The position numbers and the translations under genes are program-made. From IMG/VR virus record IMGVR_UViG_3300027212_000008: a stretch of 64,000 nt of DNA, one strand, 5' to 3'. This DNA comes from an uncultured virus (IMG/VR IMGVR_UViG_3300027212_000008) (Duplodnaviria; Heunggongvirae; Uroviricota; Caudoviricetes; Crassvirales). This document shows, one piece after another, positions 9,215-19,592 of the stretch. The notes beneath the pieces were generated by a model. The model ran no database searches. It was not told where the DNA came from and saw only the letters and a program-made list of their open reading frames with translations. How positions within the stretch are numbered: the first letter of the stretch is position 1; every line of letters starts with the position of its first letter.

Positions 9215-12200
9215 ATGTCCCATTGTATAAATACTTCCCATCCTGAATACCAAGAGTTACTACTCCAAAGTAACTTAATGCCTGCTATTTTAAAGGCTAA
9301 AATAGCTACTTGGATGGATAATAATACTGCAGATAGATTTCCTACTATAGTAGAATTACTTAATCTTGGAGAAGTAAATCAAACTTTAAGAGTGGTAGAT
9401 GCTCTTTCTAAGATTCAAAGAGGATTATTTACTCAAGATAAATTACAGGGATGGTTAAATGACTTGCAAAAACAAGGAGTTTCAAATGACCAATTAGAGA
9501 TTTTTAAAGAGGTTGCTAAACCAGGAATGTCTAAAGATGAGATAGCTACTTCTATTGCTGCTACTTATAGTTACACTGTTGAGATTAATACTGCTAAAAA
9601 ACAAAGTGGTTATAATAACAATAGTATACCATTTACTTACCAAAAAGTAAGTGAAAATAATTATGTAATTATAGACCCAAGTGGAACTGAAATACAAGAT
9701 GCAAGTAGTGAAATAGATGCTAAAAATAGAGTTGTTAAATTAAATAAAGAATTAGAAGAAGAATTAGAAACACCCACTCAACATCACTCTAATCTAACAG
9801 TACCAGGAGGTACTAATTATACAGAGAATGCTATAAGAACTGTAGGTATTGTTAATTCTATTTCAGCAGGTGGAGGTTATCATGATAATGAATTTAATCA
9901 ATCTAGAGGAGATATGGCTGGTTGGTTTAGGAGTGATGAATTAACTTCTGTTGATGTAAACGATAGAATAGAAAGGGGTGAACCTATGAATGTTTTTGAA
10001 GAATTAGCTAAAAGTGCTAATCAGTTAAAAACTCGTAGAATACTAGAAATACAATCATTTTTTCAGAAGGTTAGAAATGAAAAAGATTTAACAATTAAAC
10101 CTTATGATTTTGGTCACACTATATTTGTAAAAGATGGGAATGAATATGATAATAGTCCTAATACTAAAATTAATTATAAAGGAGTAAAAGGTAGAAAAGG
10201 TAAATTAACAGAACAATTTCCAGAATTATCTGATTTATACTTTAAAGATACTAGACCTGATTTTTCTGAAGAATTTGCAACTAAAGCAAAACTACAAGAA
10301 ATTTCTGCATTAGATTTTGAAAGAAGTAAATCAAAAGAAAAATTTAAAAACCAGTTCTTACAACTTCTAAATAAAGACAACAACTGGGTAACATTCTTTG
10401 TTAAATCTATTATCCAAGATTCTGCTAAGAAAGGTTATGAGAAAGTAATATTTCCTAGTGGTAATACAGCTAGTAAAGTTGAAGGACATACTACTTTAGA
10501 AGAGTTTAAGAAACAAAAAGAAGATAGAATTGCAAAACTTGAAGAAAAAAAGAAAAGTACTAATACAGAATTAATATACGGTGTAATTGGAGGACTTGCC
10601 AGTCAAGTTCCTGGTACACCTACATTTAGATATGAAAATAAATTTGCTTCTAAAAATGAGGCAGAATATTTTTTAAAAACTAATGAAATAGCAAGCAAAA
10701 ATAATTGGGCAATTGTTGATTTGTCAAGTAAAATAAAAGAAGAGTTACTTCCAATAGACACTGAAATAAACCAACTTAAACAAGAACTTAAAAGAGTAGA
10801 AGGTCCAGAAGGATTTGGTGCTTTAAAACCTATTTATAATTTCTATGAAAATATTGTAACTAATATTCTTAGAAAACAATACGGTAAAGAAAATGTAAAA
10901 GTTGTTACAGATGAACACGGTAATACTTGGAATGAGTTAGATATTAAAGAACAAAGAGATCAGGGAACTATTTTATATAATCTTCCTAAAGAAACCCCTT
11001 TAGCAGCTAAAGCTAGAATACTTAAAAAAGTTAATGCTACTAAAGAAGGATTTATCTCCCCTTTTAAATACAATGAATTAACTGCTTTACTTGCTGCTTA
11101 TAATAAAACTCAACCTTCAACTGCTTTAAGAATGCCTAAAGCTGCTTCAGGAAATTATTACATTAAGATTGTAGATGAAGCTATGCAGCTGAGTTCAGCT
11201 ATTAATGAAAAACCCCTAAAAGAATTAGAGGATAAATTACGTACTTGGGCAGAAACTAATGGTATAGCAATAGAAGCTATAGAAGATTTAATACAGAGAT
11301 TCGAGGGTAAATATCAAAAAGGAGCTTTAGGTATAGCAGATTTTGCTAATTTACTTATAGGTATAGCTGACGGAAGAAGTTTAGATACTTTGCCTGAAGA
11401 AATTGCCCATTTTGCTGTTAGAATATTAAAAGATAAAGGAGATATTTCTGTACTTAGAGCCTTAGATGCAGTGCATTTAACACCTGAATATGCAGAAGTA
11501 TTAGAAGAATACAAAGATGTTTATAAAACTGAAGCACAATTTAGAGAAGAAACATTAGGTAAAATTCTAGCCAAAGAAATAGTAGGTCAATATACTAAGC
11601 CTGAGATTATCAGACCAGAGACCAAAGGATTTTTTGCTTACCTAAATGCTATTAAAGAGAAGTTTATAAAATGGGCTAAAACTACTTTCAGTAAAGGAGC
11701 TAAGGCTAGAGTAGAGTTAGAGAATTTTATTAATCCTTTAGCAAAATCTATTTTAGCAAATGAAGCACTTGGAAATTTAAATAGAGAAAGCAAAGATGTT
11801 TTTTATCAACTAGAAGAAGAAGCCGAAGAAGAAGTTTTTGAGGAAGAACCTGAAGAGTTGAATGTCGACCCTGTCATAGCGCAGAAGCAAAAGTTTTTAC
11901 TAGAAGCTAAGGCGCAATTGGTAGAAAGAATGGCACTTCTTGAGAGGGGAATTAAAAATCAATCTACTATTGATCGATTAAAAGTAGAAATAGATTCTTT
12001 AGAATATAAAATAACCAAAGGAGAATTAGATGCTGCTATTGCTAGTTTTGTAAAATTAGCACAAGGAGAATTAAGTCAGATTTATAATTTACTAGAAAAA
12101 GGAATAGATAATAAAAAAATAAATCCAGGAGTAATAGTAATGTCTAAAGGATTTATGGATATGTACTCTAATTTATTTACTACTTTCTTAGCAGATATCT

Positions 12201-15004
12201 ATGAATGGGGTATTCCTAAAGAAGAGCGCGGTGAATTAGTAGATGCTATTCAATCTGCGGGAACTCTTATATCAGCAATGCATCCAATGCTTCATACATT
12301 AGCTAGAAGAGAAGGAATTAAAACCCTCATAGAAGCTAATACTGATTATAATGGTAACAAAATAGACCCAGATTTTGATGAGGCAAAAGCTTTTGATGAT
12401 ACAGAAGAAGATATGAGTGCCTACAGATTGCATGTAGGTATGTACAAAAATGCTAGTTCTATTTTAATTAAAGCCGCTACTAAAATAATATTTGAATCTA
12501 TAAGTAGAATTAAAAGATTTACTGCTCAAACTGCTAATGAAGTATTAAGAGCTCAAGAAGCAATGCTTAAGTCTGGAGGTAAAATGATGGACTTAGTAGA
12601 ACATGATGTTAATGGAAACCCTACTCAATTTTTTATTAGAGAATATAATTGGAGCAGATATTACAACGCACTTGCTACAGTTAAACAAGAAATTGCTGAA
12701 GCACTAGGAGAAGAAAATTATGATGGCATTTCTAAAGTATACTTAAACGAAGCAGATAAAAAGATTTACAACGCAATGTGGGAAGCTTTTTATATAAATC
12801 ATACTAAAAAGTTAACTACTACGGAAGAAATAGCAGGAACTAATGTAATAGTACATTCAGTTGTTCCTAATGATTCTTATAAAAATCCTAAGTATGCTGA
12901 AATGCAAAATAATCCTGCAACTAAAGCTTATTACGACCTACTTATTCAGAAAAAGCAAGAAGCAATAATGAAACTTCCTATTCAATATAGGAAAGAAAGA
13001 AATGTTTATATGCTTCCTGGGGTTCTCAAAAGTAGCCTGGATAGACTTACTAAACCAGGTGAAAGTGTTTTAACTAGAGTAGGTAAACTTGCAAGAGATT
13101 CAATGTTCTTAGACCCAGATGATACACAATTTGGTCAAGTAAGTGTGCTTAACAACAAAATGGTTCCTATTTTCTTTACAGGTTCTATAAAGAATACTAA
13201 TGATTTATCTTATGACTTAGCACGCACAGTAACTCTTTTTGCAGAAATGGCAGAAAATTATCAAGAAATGAATAAGATTTCTGGTGATTTAGGAGTTATT
13301 CAGTTGTCAATGGCAGAAAGAAACTATACTAAAGCAGGAGTTAGAAAAACAGGTAAAGAAGGTACTAATGAATTTAAGGCACTAGAAATTTTAATGGATA
13401 CCCACGTATTCGGTATTGAGAGAGCTGCTAATTTATCAGGAAAAGTTCCTTCTAATGCAGTAACAGAAAAACTAGGATTATCAGGTAAACAATTCTCTTG
13501 GACAAAAGCCAATCAATTATTTACTACTTTTATTAGAGATAATAACCTTGCCCTAGGATTTACTTCTGCTATTTCAAATTTCTTAAAAGGTTCAGGTGAT
13601 TCTGTAATAGAAGATATGGTGGGATTATACACTACTAATGAAAGTAAAAATTGGGCTAGAGTAGAATTTATGTCTAATATTGCTCAAGTATCTGCAGAAA
13701 TAGGAAAAGCTAAACAGACTAACAAAATGCATCTTATTTTACAAGAAGCACAAGTAGCAAATATTGAAAAAGCTTTACAAGATACTGCTAGAAATAGAGC
13801 AACTAGAAAATTGACTAATAAAGATTTACTATATACTCCATTTGCTACGGGAGATTATGGAATTAAAGGAAGAATAACTTTAGCTATTTATGATAATTAT
13901 AGATTATATAATAATCAGTTTATGACTAGAGCTAAATTCTATGAAAAAACTGCTAAAGAATCTGGAGTAGCTAATGATAAAGCTCATCAAAAAACTGTAG
14001 GTAAAACTTGGGAAGATCTTAGAGAAAAAAGTTTATATAATGCATACGAAGTAGTAAACGGTAACTTAGAAATTAAGCCTGAGTTTAAACAACACGTAAC
14101 AGAAGGGGTTCTCTCATCTGCTCAAGGTAAAATAGATCATGTTACTCATATGGTAGATGGTACTTTAAGTGAGACGGATAAAGGGGCCCTTGCTAGAACT
14201 TGCTTAGGAGATTATTTATTAATGCACAGGGGCTGGTTCTTTGGTATGGTGGATACTCGATTTAGAAAAGAAGGAAAACAATTTATTACTGAAGAAGAGG
14301 AAATAGGAAGTTATAGAGCTTCTGCAGATTTTATGTGGAACGGTATAGGAAAAGCAATAATAAAAGACCGTGCAGGACTAGCAGGAGCACATGCTAATTG
14401 GAAAAACTTAAGTCCTGCTAAGAAAAGAGGAGTTTATAGAACAGGTATGGATTTGTTATATTTAAATATAATCTCTATACTAGCAGCTATGGCCAATATT
14501 GCCGCAGATGAGGATGATGACGATGATTGGACTACTCAGTATACAGCTTATCAAATGAACAGATTACTCCTAGAACAAGGAGCAGCATGGTCACCTGCCG
14601 AACTTGCTCAAATGATTGACGAACCAGTAGTAGGTGCTAGAATGATTAAAGATTTATTAGATATTTCAGAAGCTTGGAATTTTAGTGAAAAATACGAAGC
14701 AGGAATGTATAAAGACGATTCTCATGCAGGCAAATGGTGGTTCCGTAAGTTGCCTATAAAGAACTTATACGAGATGCAATATCCTGAGCTAAAGAATAAC
14801 TTTATTAAGCAAATGGTAGATTCTAAAGTATATCAATTAATGTCTCCTGAACAAAAAATAAACGTTGGTACGCTAGGAACTCTTAAAAATTGGTTAATCC
14901 CTACAGGCTTAGCTAAGGATTATTCTTCTAAAGGAGACGATCCAGTGCCAGAGATAATAGAAGAATTGCAAGATGACAAAACTGTGGATAACGGATTTAA
15001 CTAA
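9215..15004 (+). CDS. Giant virion cargo/ejection protein (polyvalent)
   Basis: 1929 aa directly after the vRNAP. N-terminal domain with PGGTNY, GWFR, ILEIQS and KKGYEKV motifs. Degenerate zincin motif PEEIAH...EETLG. Long helical C-terminal half. Confidence 0.75.
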   Translation: MSHCINTSHPEYQELLLQSNLMPAILKAKIATWMDNNTADRFPTIVELLNLGEVNQTLRVVDALSKIQRGLFTQDKLQGWLNDLQKQGVSNDQLEIFKEVAKPGMSKDEIATSIAATYSYTVEINTAKKQSGYNNNSIPFTYQKVSENNYVIIDPSGTEIQDASSEIDAKNRVVKLNKELEEELETPTQHHSNLTVPGGTNYTENAIRTVGIVNSISAGGGYHDNEFNQSRGDMAGWFRSDELTSVDVNDRIERGEPMNVFEELAKSANQLKTRRILEIQSFFQKVRNEKDLTIKPYDFGHTIFVKDGNEYDNSPNTKINYKGVKGRKGKLTEQFPELSDLYFKDTRPDFSEEFATKAKLQEISALDFERSKSKEKFKNQFLQLLNKDNNWVTFFVKSIIQDSAKKGYEKVIFPSGNTASKVEGHTTLEEFKKQKEDRIAKLEEKKKSTNTELIYGVIGGLASQVPGTPTFRYENKFASKNEAEYFLKTNEIASKNNWAIVDLSSKIKEELLPIDTEINQLKQELKRVEGPEGFGALKPIYNFYENIVTNILRKQYGKENVKVVTDEHGNTWNELDIKEQRDQGTILYNLPKETPLAAKARILKKVNATKEGFISPFKYNELTALLAAYNKTQPSTALRMPKAASGNYYIKIVDEAMQLSSAINEKPLKELEDKLRTWAETNGIAIEAIEDLIQRFEGKYQKGALGIADFANLLIGIADGRSLDTLPEEIAHFAVRILKDKGDISVLRALDAVHLTPEYAEVLEEYKDVYKTEAQFREETLGKILAKEIVGQYTKPEIIRPETKGFFAYLNAIKEKFIKWAKTTFSKGAKARVELENFINPLAKSILANEALGNLNRESKDVFYQLEEEAEEEVFEEEPEELNVDPVIAQKQKFLLEAKAQLVERMALLERGIKNQSTIDRLKVEIDSLEYKITKGELDAAIASFVKLAQGELSQIYNLLEKGIDNKKINPGVIVMSKGFMDMYSNLFTTFLADIYEWGIPKEERGELVDAIQSAGTLISAMHPMLHTLARREGIKTLIEANTDYNGNKIDPDFDEAKAFDDTEEDMSAYRLHVGMYKNASSILIKAATKIIFESISRIKRFTAQTANEVLRAQEAMLKSGGKMMDLVEHDVNGNPTQFFIREYNWSRYYNALATVKQEIAEALGEENYDGISKVYLNEADKKIYNAMWEAFYINHTKKLTTTEEIAGTNVIVHSVVPNDSYKNPKYAEMQNNPATKAYYDLLIQKKQEAIMKLPIQYRKERNVYMLPGVLKSSLDRLTKPGESVLTRVGKLARDSMFLDPDDTQFGQVSVLNNKMVPIFFTGSIKNTNDLSYDLARTVTLFAEMAENYQEMNKISGDLGVIQLSMAERNYTKAGVRKTGKEGTNEFKALEILMDTHVFGIERAANLSGKVPSNAVTEKLGLSGKQFSWTKANQLFTTFIRDNNLALGFTSAISNFLKGSGDSVIEDMVGLYTTNESKNWARVEFMSNIAQVSAEIGKAKQTNKMHLILQEAQVANIEKALQDTARNRATRKLTNKDLLYTPFATGDYGIKGRITLAIYDNYRLYNNQFMTRAKFYEKTAKESGVANDKAHQKTVGKTWEDLREKSLYNAYEVVNGNLEIKPEFKQHVTEGVLSSAQGKIDHVTHMVDGTLSETDKGALARTCLGDYLLMHRGWFFGMVDTRFRKEGKQFITEEEEIGSYRASADFMWNGIGKAIIKDRAGLAGAHANWKNLSPAKKRGVYRTGMDLLYLNIISILAAMANIAADEDDDDDWTTQYTAYQMNRLLLEQGAAWSPAELAQMIDEPVVGARMIKDLLDISEAWNFSEKYEAGMYKDDSHAGKWWFRKLPIKNLYEMQYPELKNNFIKQMVDSKVYQLMSPEQKINVGTLGTLKNWLIPTGLAKDYSSKGDDPVPEIIEELQDDKTVDNGFN

Positions 15005-15031
15005 AGCAAAACGCTAAATTTTTTTTAAAGC

Positions 15032-15070
15032 AAGTCGTAAAAGAGTATACTTCTACGACTTTTTTATTTT
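15032..15070 (+). terminator. Intrinsic terminator at the convergent junction
   Basis: aagtcgtaaaag / cttctacgactt stem followed by a T-run, between convergent gene blocks. Confidence 0.7.
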
Positions 15071-15407
15071 AGATCTCTACGAGTTTATACTTACTAAAAT
15101 CTAGGCCCTCTTGTAGCATGCTGTCTATCACAGACAACGCTACATTATCAGATTTAGCTATTAGCCCAGATATTCTAGTTATAGATCTGGATAACTTCAT
15201 TGCTTGCATCTCGTCAGTCTTCCATATTGTATTTCTGTTAGCAGCATTAGAGAGATTAAGCATATTAATTGCTTCTCTTACTTTCTGTGTGACTTTCTTA
15301 TCATGCTCATAGATAGTGCCTTTTAATTCAAGTTGACAATCTAATACCACTTGAAATGCTGATAACATTGTAATGTAAGTCACAGACTCTTCACTCGGCT
15401 GGTTCAT
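15069..15407 (-). CDS. Hypothetical protein
   Basis: 112-aa ORF, last of a tightly overlapping minus-strand operon. Confidence 0.7.
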   Translation of the reverse strand: MNQPSEESVTYITMLSAFQVVLDCQLELKGTIYEHDKKVTQKVREAINMLNLSNAANRNTIWKTDEMQAMKLSRSITRISGLIAKSDNVALSVIDSMLQEGLDFSKYKLVEI

Positions 15408-15657
15408 AAAATCTTAAATTTTTCATATCATAAAATCTTAAGTATTCTGCAGAAAGCTGATAGATTAAATCTCTTAAATCCCATACGGTTATATCAGCAA
15501 ATACATCATATAACTTTATTCCGCTTATAGTGTTAACTAACTGCGAGGGATCTCCTGTGTCCTCTAATATTGCAAGTTGCTCTTCTATAGATAGAGGAGT
15601 ATCCTCTGTTGTCAAGAAAAACTCTGTAGCTCTTATTTCAAAATCTCTTATCTTCAT
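15391..15657 (-). CDS. Hypothetical protein
   Basis: 88-aa ORF overlapping both neighbours in operon fashion. Confidence 0.7.
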   Translation of the reverse strand: MKIRDFEIRATEFFLTTEDTPLSIEEQLAILEDTGDPSQLVNTISGIKLYDVFADITVWDLRDLIYQLSAEYLRFYDMKNLRFYEPAE

Positions 15658-15967
15658 AATTCTCTTCTATTAATACGGTTGCTTGTTCTTCTTCTTCTTC
15701 TTCTAGATCCTCAAATTCATCTAATTCTCTAAATCTATCTGCTCTAAACGCAGGTTCCTGATAGTCGTTTATTAGGTGTATATAGATACTACCGTTAATT
15801 ACCTCTTTAAGTACAATACCTGTTACTATATCGTTATTATCGATAATATCTCTTATAGTGTAGGTTTTACCCCTAGTCACCCATTGAGGATATGCAATCC
15901 TAACAAATTCTTCTTTGCCAGGTTTAATAGAATCATCTATACATACTACTTTTTGACCTACTTCCAT
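15638..15967 (-). CDS. Small SH3/KOW-like beta-barrel hypothetical protein
   Basis: MEVGQKVVCIDD...RGKTYTIR pattern with acidic tail. Confidence 0.6.
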   Translation of the reverse strand: MEVGQKVVCIDDSIKPGKEEFVRIAYPQWVTRGKTYTIRDIIDNNDIVTGIVLKEVINGSIYIHLINDYQEPAFRADRFRELDEFEDLEEEEEEQATVLIEENYEDKRF

Positions 15968-16584
15968 TATTTTCTTCTTTTATCAGGAGGTAACTGCGAA
16001 TTAATCATAATATCTCCTGTAACACAATGACCGTCTGCACATTGCTCAGTTTTTTCTTTTAAAATATTTAAGGAATTTATAGTGCCTAAAGCACCACAGC
16101 TTCCACAAAATGCAGAATCTTCTAAAGTATTTAGCTCAGGAGATTTAAATTTGTGGCTCTTTAATACTTTATTGTCCGAAGTACGGTAAGTTATAAATAG
16201 ACCTTTCTTATCTTTGGAGTATGTCTGTATACCTTGCTCCATGTAATACTTATAAGTTATAATAGCATCGTCCATGGTAGTGTCAGCCTTTGACATATTA
16301 CTTTCATAAATCTTTTGAATAGTTTCTAAAGGATCTATTCCAAATTCCATCATAGCTCTTACAGTGACCCATAGTAAATCTCCTAGGCCATCTTGTACTT
16401 CTGTAATATTTCTGTTATCTATAGCTTCTAAAGTTTCCATAAACTCTTCGTTTATCAAATCCATACTAAGACCTACTCTTTCCATACCAGGGAATTCCTT
16501 AGTATTTTTAATAGGTAAATCAAAAACTTCACTCCAATCTCTAATCATTGAGATTACATCGTTTGTTATATTTTCTTTTTCCAT
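15967..16584 (-). CDS. MazG-like / PRA-PH family NTP pyrophosphohydrolase
   Basis: LINEEFMET...DGLGDLLWV...ESNMSK motifs. Confidence 0.85.
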   Translation of the reverse strand: MEKENITNDVISMIRDWSEVFDLPIKNTKEFPGMERVGLSMDLINEEFMETLEAIDNRNITEVQDGLGDLLWVTVRAMMEFGIDPLETIQKIYESNMSKADTTMDDAIITYKYYMEQGIQTYSKDKKGLFITYRTSDNKVLKSHKFKSPELNTLEDSAFCGSCGALGTINSLNILKEKTEQCADGHCVTGDIMINSQLPPDKRRK

Positions 16585-16921
16585 AATTTAAATAAAAGTA
16601 TTTTTCATTACAACTAAGACTTTCCCAGTTATATTTTAGCGAATTTAATAAAAATTCTTCTGTGATATAAGTATCGTTTCTATAACCAAATTTAGTATTA
16701 GAAATAATATTACGTTTTAAAGTTCCTGCCGAGCTATTATATAATTCCTCCATAGCTAGAATAATCTTACTAGAAGTTTTAAATTTAGCAGCAATCTTAT
16801 TTAATTTTACTTTATCTTTTAATAATCCTAGGGCTTCTATTACCTCATCATAACTAAAAGATAATCTAGTATTTCCCCTATATTTAGGAGAATACTTACC
16901 ATGAAAGTTTATCGGGCCCAT
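16541..16921 (-). CDS. Hypothetical protein, possibly HTH
   Basis: 126-aa ORF in operon, LNKIAAKFKTS segment. Confidence 0.55.
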   Translation of the reverse strand: MGPINFHGKYSPKYRGNTRLSFSYDEVIEALGLLKDKVKLNKIAAKFKTSSKIILAMEELYNSSAGTLKRNIISNTKFGYRNDTYITEEFLLNSLKYNWESLSCNEKYFYLNYGKRKYNKRCNLND

Positions 16922-17576
16922 TTAATGATTCTATTAGTAAATTAATCTGTGCAAAGTTAGGACATTTCCATTCTCTGTACTCTAAGAAGGCATCTAAAGG
17001 ATGTTCCCAAGTAAATACATGTTGGTTATAAGAAAGTACGTCTGCGTATTGCTTTGCATCTTTTCCCCATAAAAGAAAGATAGTTCCTGGTTTCTCTAAT
17101 ACAATTTGCATTAGTACCATGCCGAAGAACTTTTTCCATTGCTTTTTATGCCCTTGTTGTTGTCCTTTAGGGCAACTATTACTTCTGTTGAGCATTAAGA
17201 TACCTTGTTGTGCCCAAGTTTCAAAAGTAAAATCAAAATCTAAGTTTAAAGTTTGATTGAGTTTTTCTACGCAATTTCTAATTTGCATAGCTGAAGGATT
17301 TGGAGAAATAGTAGTTATGTCTGAGAATGCAAGTGGTCCTAATCCCACTAGGGGACTAGGTTCGGTGCCGATAACAACCACTCTTAACTTTTCCCAAGGA
17401 CATAATTTAAAAGCTTTAAATAAACTTTTATAATCTTCAGGATGTACTTCCTCCAGAGCATACTGGACCATTAAAAAATTCATCAATTTCTCCATATAGG
17501 GGTCCTTAAGCAGAGGCTTTAATACCTCTACCCAACCTTCTCCAAGTTGGGAAACCCAATAGGCCTTACCGTACAT
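16896..17576 (-). CDS. Family-1 uracil-DNA glycosylase homologue with altered active site
   Basis: Ung-like framework LRVVVIG, WAQQGILMLN, IFLLWGKDAK, HP; catalytic GQDPY replaced by GTEPS. Confidence 0.85.
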   Translation of the reverse strand: MYGKAYWVSQLGEGWVEVLKPLLKDPYMEKLMNFLMVQYALEEVHPEDYKSLFKAFKLCPWEKLRVVVIGTEPSPLVGLGPLAFSDITTISPNPSAMQIRNCVEKLNQTLNLDFDFTFETWAQQGILMLNRSNSCPKGQQQGHKKQWKKFFGMVLMQIVLEKPGTIFLLWGKDAKQYADVLSYNQHVFTWEHPLDAFLEYREWKCPNFAQINLLIESLNGPDKLSW

Positions 17577-17812
17577 AGTGTCTTTATTGAAAATTCTCTT
17601 TTTAACCAGCCTTCTATTTTAACTATTTCTAGTTGGTGAAAGAACTTAATATAGCTGTTGTAGCGAACTTTAACGTTTTTACTTAATTCAGATTCTAGGT
17701 ATTTTTTGTACAATTCTCCCCCTTTTTCATACTGGGTATGGTAAGGAGTACTTTCAAAGTACGTGGAGCAATCTCGTAACGCACACACAAATAAATATTC
17801 TTCATATCTCAT
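17528..17812 (-). CDS. Hypothetical protein
   Basis: 94-aa ORF in operon orientation. Confidence 0.55.
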   Translation of the reverse strand: MRYEEYLFVCALRDCSTYFESTPYHTQYEKGGELYKKYLESELSKNVKVRYNSYIKFFHQLEIVKIEGWLKREFSIKTLCTVRPIGFPNLEKVG

Positions 17813-17839
17813 ACTATTCTAATTTTAAATTAATAAGTT

Positions 17840-17866
17840 AAAAAGCCCCTACAAAGTAAGGGCTTT
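17840..17866 (-). terminator. Intrinsic terminator
   Basis: aaagccc...gggcttt hairpin with an A-run on the + strand, i.e. a U-tail on the minus strand. Confidence 0.6.
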
Positions 17867-17963
17867 AATATATCAAAGTATTCCCAATAGCCTCTGTCAA
17901 GCATTGGGTTATCTCTGACCTTCCTTGCAATAAGGAATTTGTTGCTCAAAAATAACAGGGGAG

Positions 17964-18581
17964 TTATTCAAACTCCCCCGTTGGTTCTAGCTTCTCTGTT
18001 GAGTAAGCAAATTCTTTGAGCATATTTGCACATATAGTGTCCTTTTCTATTTCAATTATTGGCCAAACTTCTTGGTCATATAAATTAGCAATAGAATTAG
18101 GAGCACTCAGCCTATCTTCCCAGCTGTCTTTGAGCGCTTCAGATTTATTTAATATTAAAGGAAGGGTAAATGCTTTACCTGTGAAAAAGTGATTGCCTAA
18201 GATTAATCTCTTAGCATCTGCACTTATTTCTGAATATTTTCCTTTTAATAATATTTTATAATCTGGAAGTAGCTCCTCAGATAAAGAATATACTATTACA
18301 AGACAACCGTCTTTTTCGTAGTCATCTCTATAGTTGGGAAATCCTAACATTGTGGTGTAAAATGCATCAAAATCAGCATCTCTATAATTTTTTACTACTA
18401 CAAATACACAGTCTTCTCTATAAGCACTAATGCTATCATCCATTAGATAAGCATTAAGAAATCTTTGAGTAAACATAGTTTTTCCCCAAGCAGTTTTTAC
18501 ATTACATGTAAAGAGTGCTTTAGGAATTTCTAGTAATGGAAATATAAAGGTTGCAGTTTTTGTGTATTTTACTAAACTCAT
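17964..18581 (-). CDS. Hypothetical protein next to the nuclease
   Basis: 205-aa ORF, start overlaps the upstream stop (ATGA coupling). Confidence 0.75.
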   Translation of the reverse strand: MSLVKYTKTATFIFPLLEIPKALFTCNVKTAWGKTMFTQRFLNAYLMDDSISAYREDCVFVVVKNYRDADFDAFYTTMLGFPNYRDDYEKDGCLVIVYSLSEELLPDYKILLKGKYSEISADAKRLILGNHFFTGKAFTLPLILNKSEALKDSWEDRLSAPNSIANLYDQEVWPIIEIEKDTICANMLKEFAYSTEKLEPTGEFE

Positions 18582-19588
18582 ATTTCAATATTTAATTTTC
18601 CTTCATTAAGATAATACTCCATCGGAAATTTCCAATTGTTAGTATCTAATGCATATTGTAATCTAGCTAATGCACCTTTAAAACCTTCTAGTTTTTTGCC
18701 GTTGCTAAGAGTTCCTCCATGGAACCCTATTGTCATTACTTCTTCACCTACTTCAAAAATCATAGGTTCATTAAATAGATTAGTTTCAACTACAATATAC
18801 AAAAAATCTTGCACCACATAATCTTTATCTATTAATTCTTTTACTTTAGGGTGCTGAAATAATCCCCAAGAATATACAGTAGCTTGAAAATCATAGCGAT
18901 AAGTAAAGAACTCATATTGGAATCCCGTAATAGGTTTTCCTGTAGTTTTAAAATCGATAGGAGTTATAGTTTTATCTTTATGATTTATACAAACTCTATC
19001 TAATTCCCCTTTCATTGCAAATCCTTGGTAATCAAATTCTATTACAAATTTATCCCAAAATTCTACGTCTTTATCGTGTTTCTTATCTACATACGGTTTA
19101 GTAAATTCATCAGACTTAAGAGCCATTACGCATCCTACTGCCTTAGCATATTCACTTTCTGTAATAGGAGTCTTGCCCGCCATTGTTTTTAACAGCTCAA
19201 AATAATCTTTACCGTCCACTAAAATTTTATCTATTCTAGTATCGTCTTTCCAATTATTATAGTAGCCTGTATTATTACAGTGTCTAAGAATTATATTTCG
19301 GTCTATTAAAGTACTACCTAATTCTACCATCTCTGCAACAACACCGTCTACGATAGTTTTTACTGCTTCACTGCACTTAGTCTCATCAGGTATTCTAACA
19401 AACTTTTCTTCAAACTCGTCTTTAGCCCCTACCAACATTATATCAACAACACTGCCGAATACAAAATGAGGAGCAATAGATTGCTCTCCTTGTTCTTGTT
19501 TTTCTTTTGCCCTAAGATATTCTTTAGGGCTAATAAGTATCTTCTTAAGGATACTTTGATTTAACTTTTTTAATTCTCTATAACTCAT
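18578..19588 (-). CDS. PD-(D/E)xK exonuclease (RecE/exonuclease VIII-like)
   Basis: FGSVVD, KGELDRV...IDFKTT, YRYDFQATVY motifs. Confidence 0.85.
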   Translation of the reverse strand: MSYRELKKLNQSILKKILISPKEYLRAKEKQEQGEQSIAPHFVFGSVVDIMLVGAKDEFEEKFVRIPDETKCSEAVKTIVDGVVAEMVELGSTLIDRNIILRHCNNTGYYNNWKDDTRIDKILVDGKDYFELLKTMAGKTPITESEYAKAVGCVMALKSDEFTKPYVDKKHDKDVEFWDKFVIEFDYQGFAMKGELDRVCINHKDKTITPIDFKTTGKPITGFQYEFFTYRYDFQATVYSWGLFQHPKVKELIDKDYVVQDFLYIVVETNLFNEPMIFEVGEEVMTIGFHGGTLSNGKKLEGFKGALARLQYALDTNNWKFPMEYYLNEGKLNIEI

Positions 19589-19592
19589 GCTA

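Noticed and set aside
405..13512. Minus-strand ORFs inside the two giant genes, and similar antisense ORFs elsewhere (e.g. 23809-24297, 47459-48004, 63170-63532)
   Set aside because: Shadow frames of well-supported genes on the opposite strand, with no motifs of their own
18578..19588. Cas4 call for the PD-(D/E)xK nuclease
   Set aside because: No Cas4-type C-terminal Fe-S cysteine cluster; context is recombination/replication
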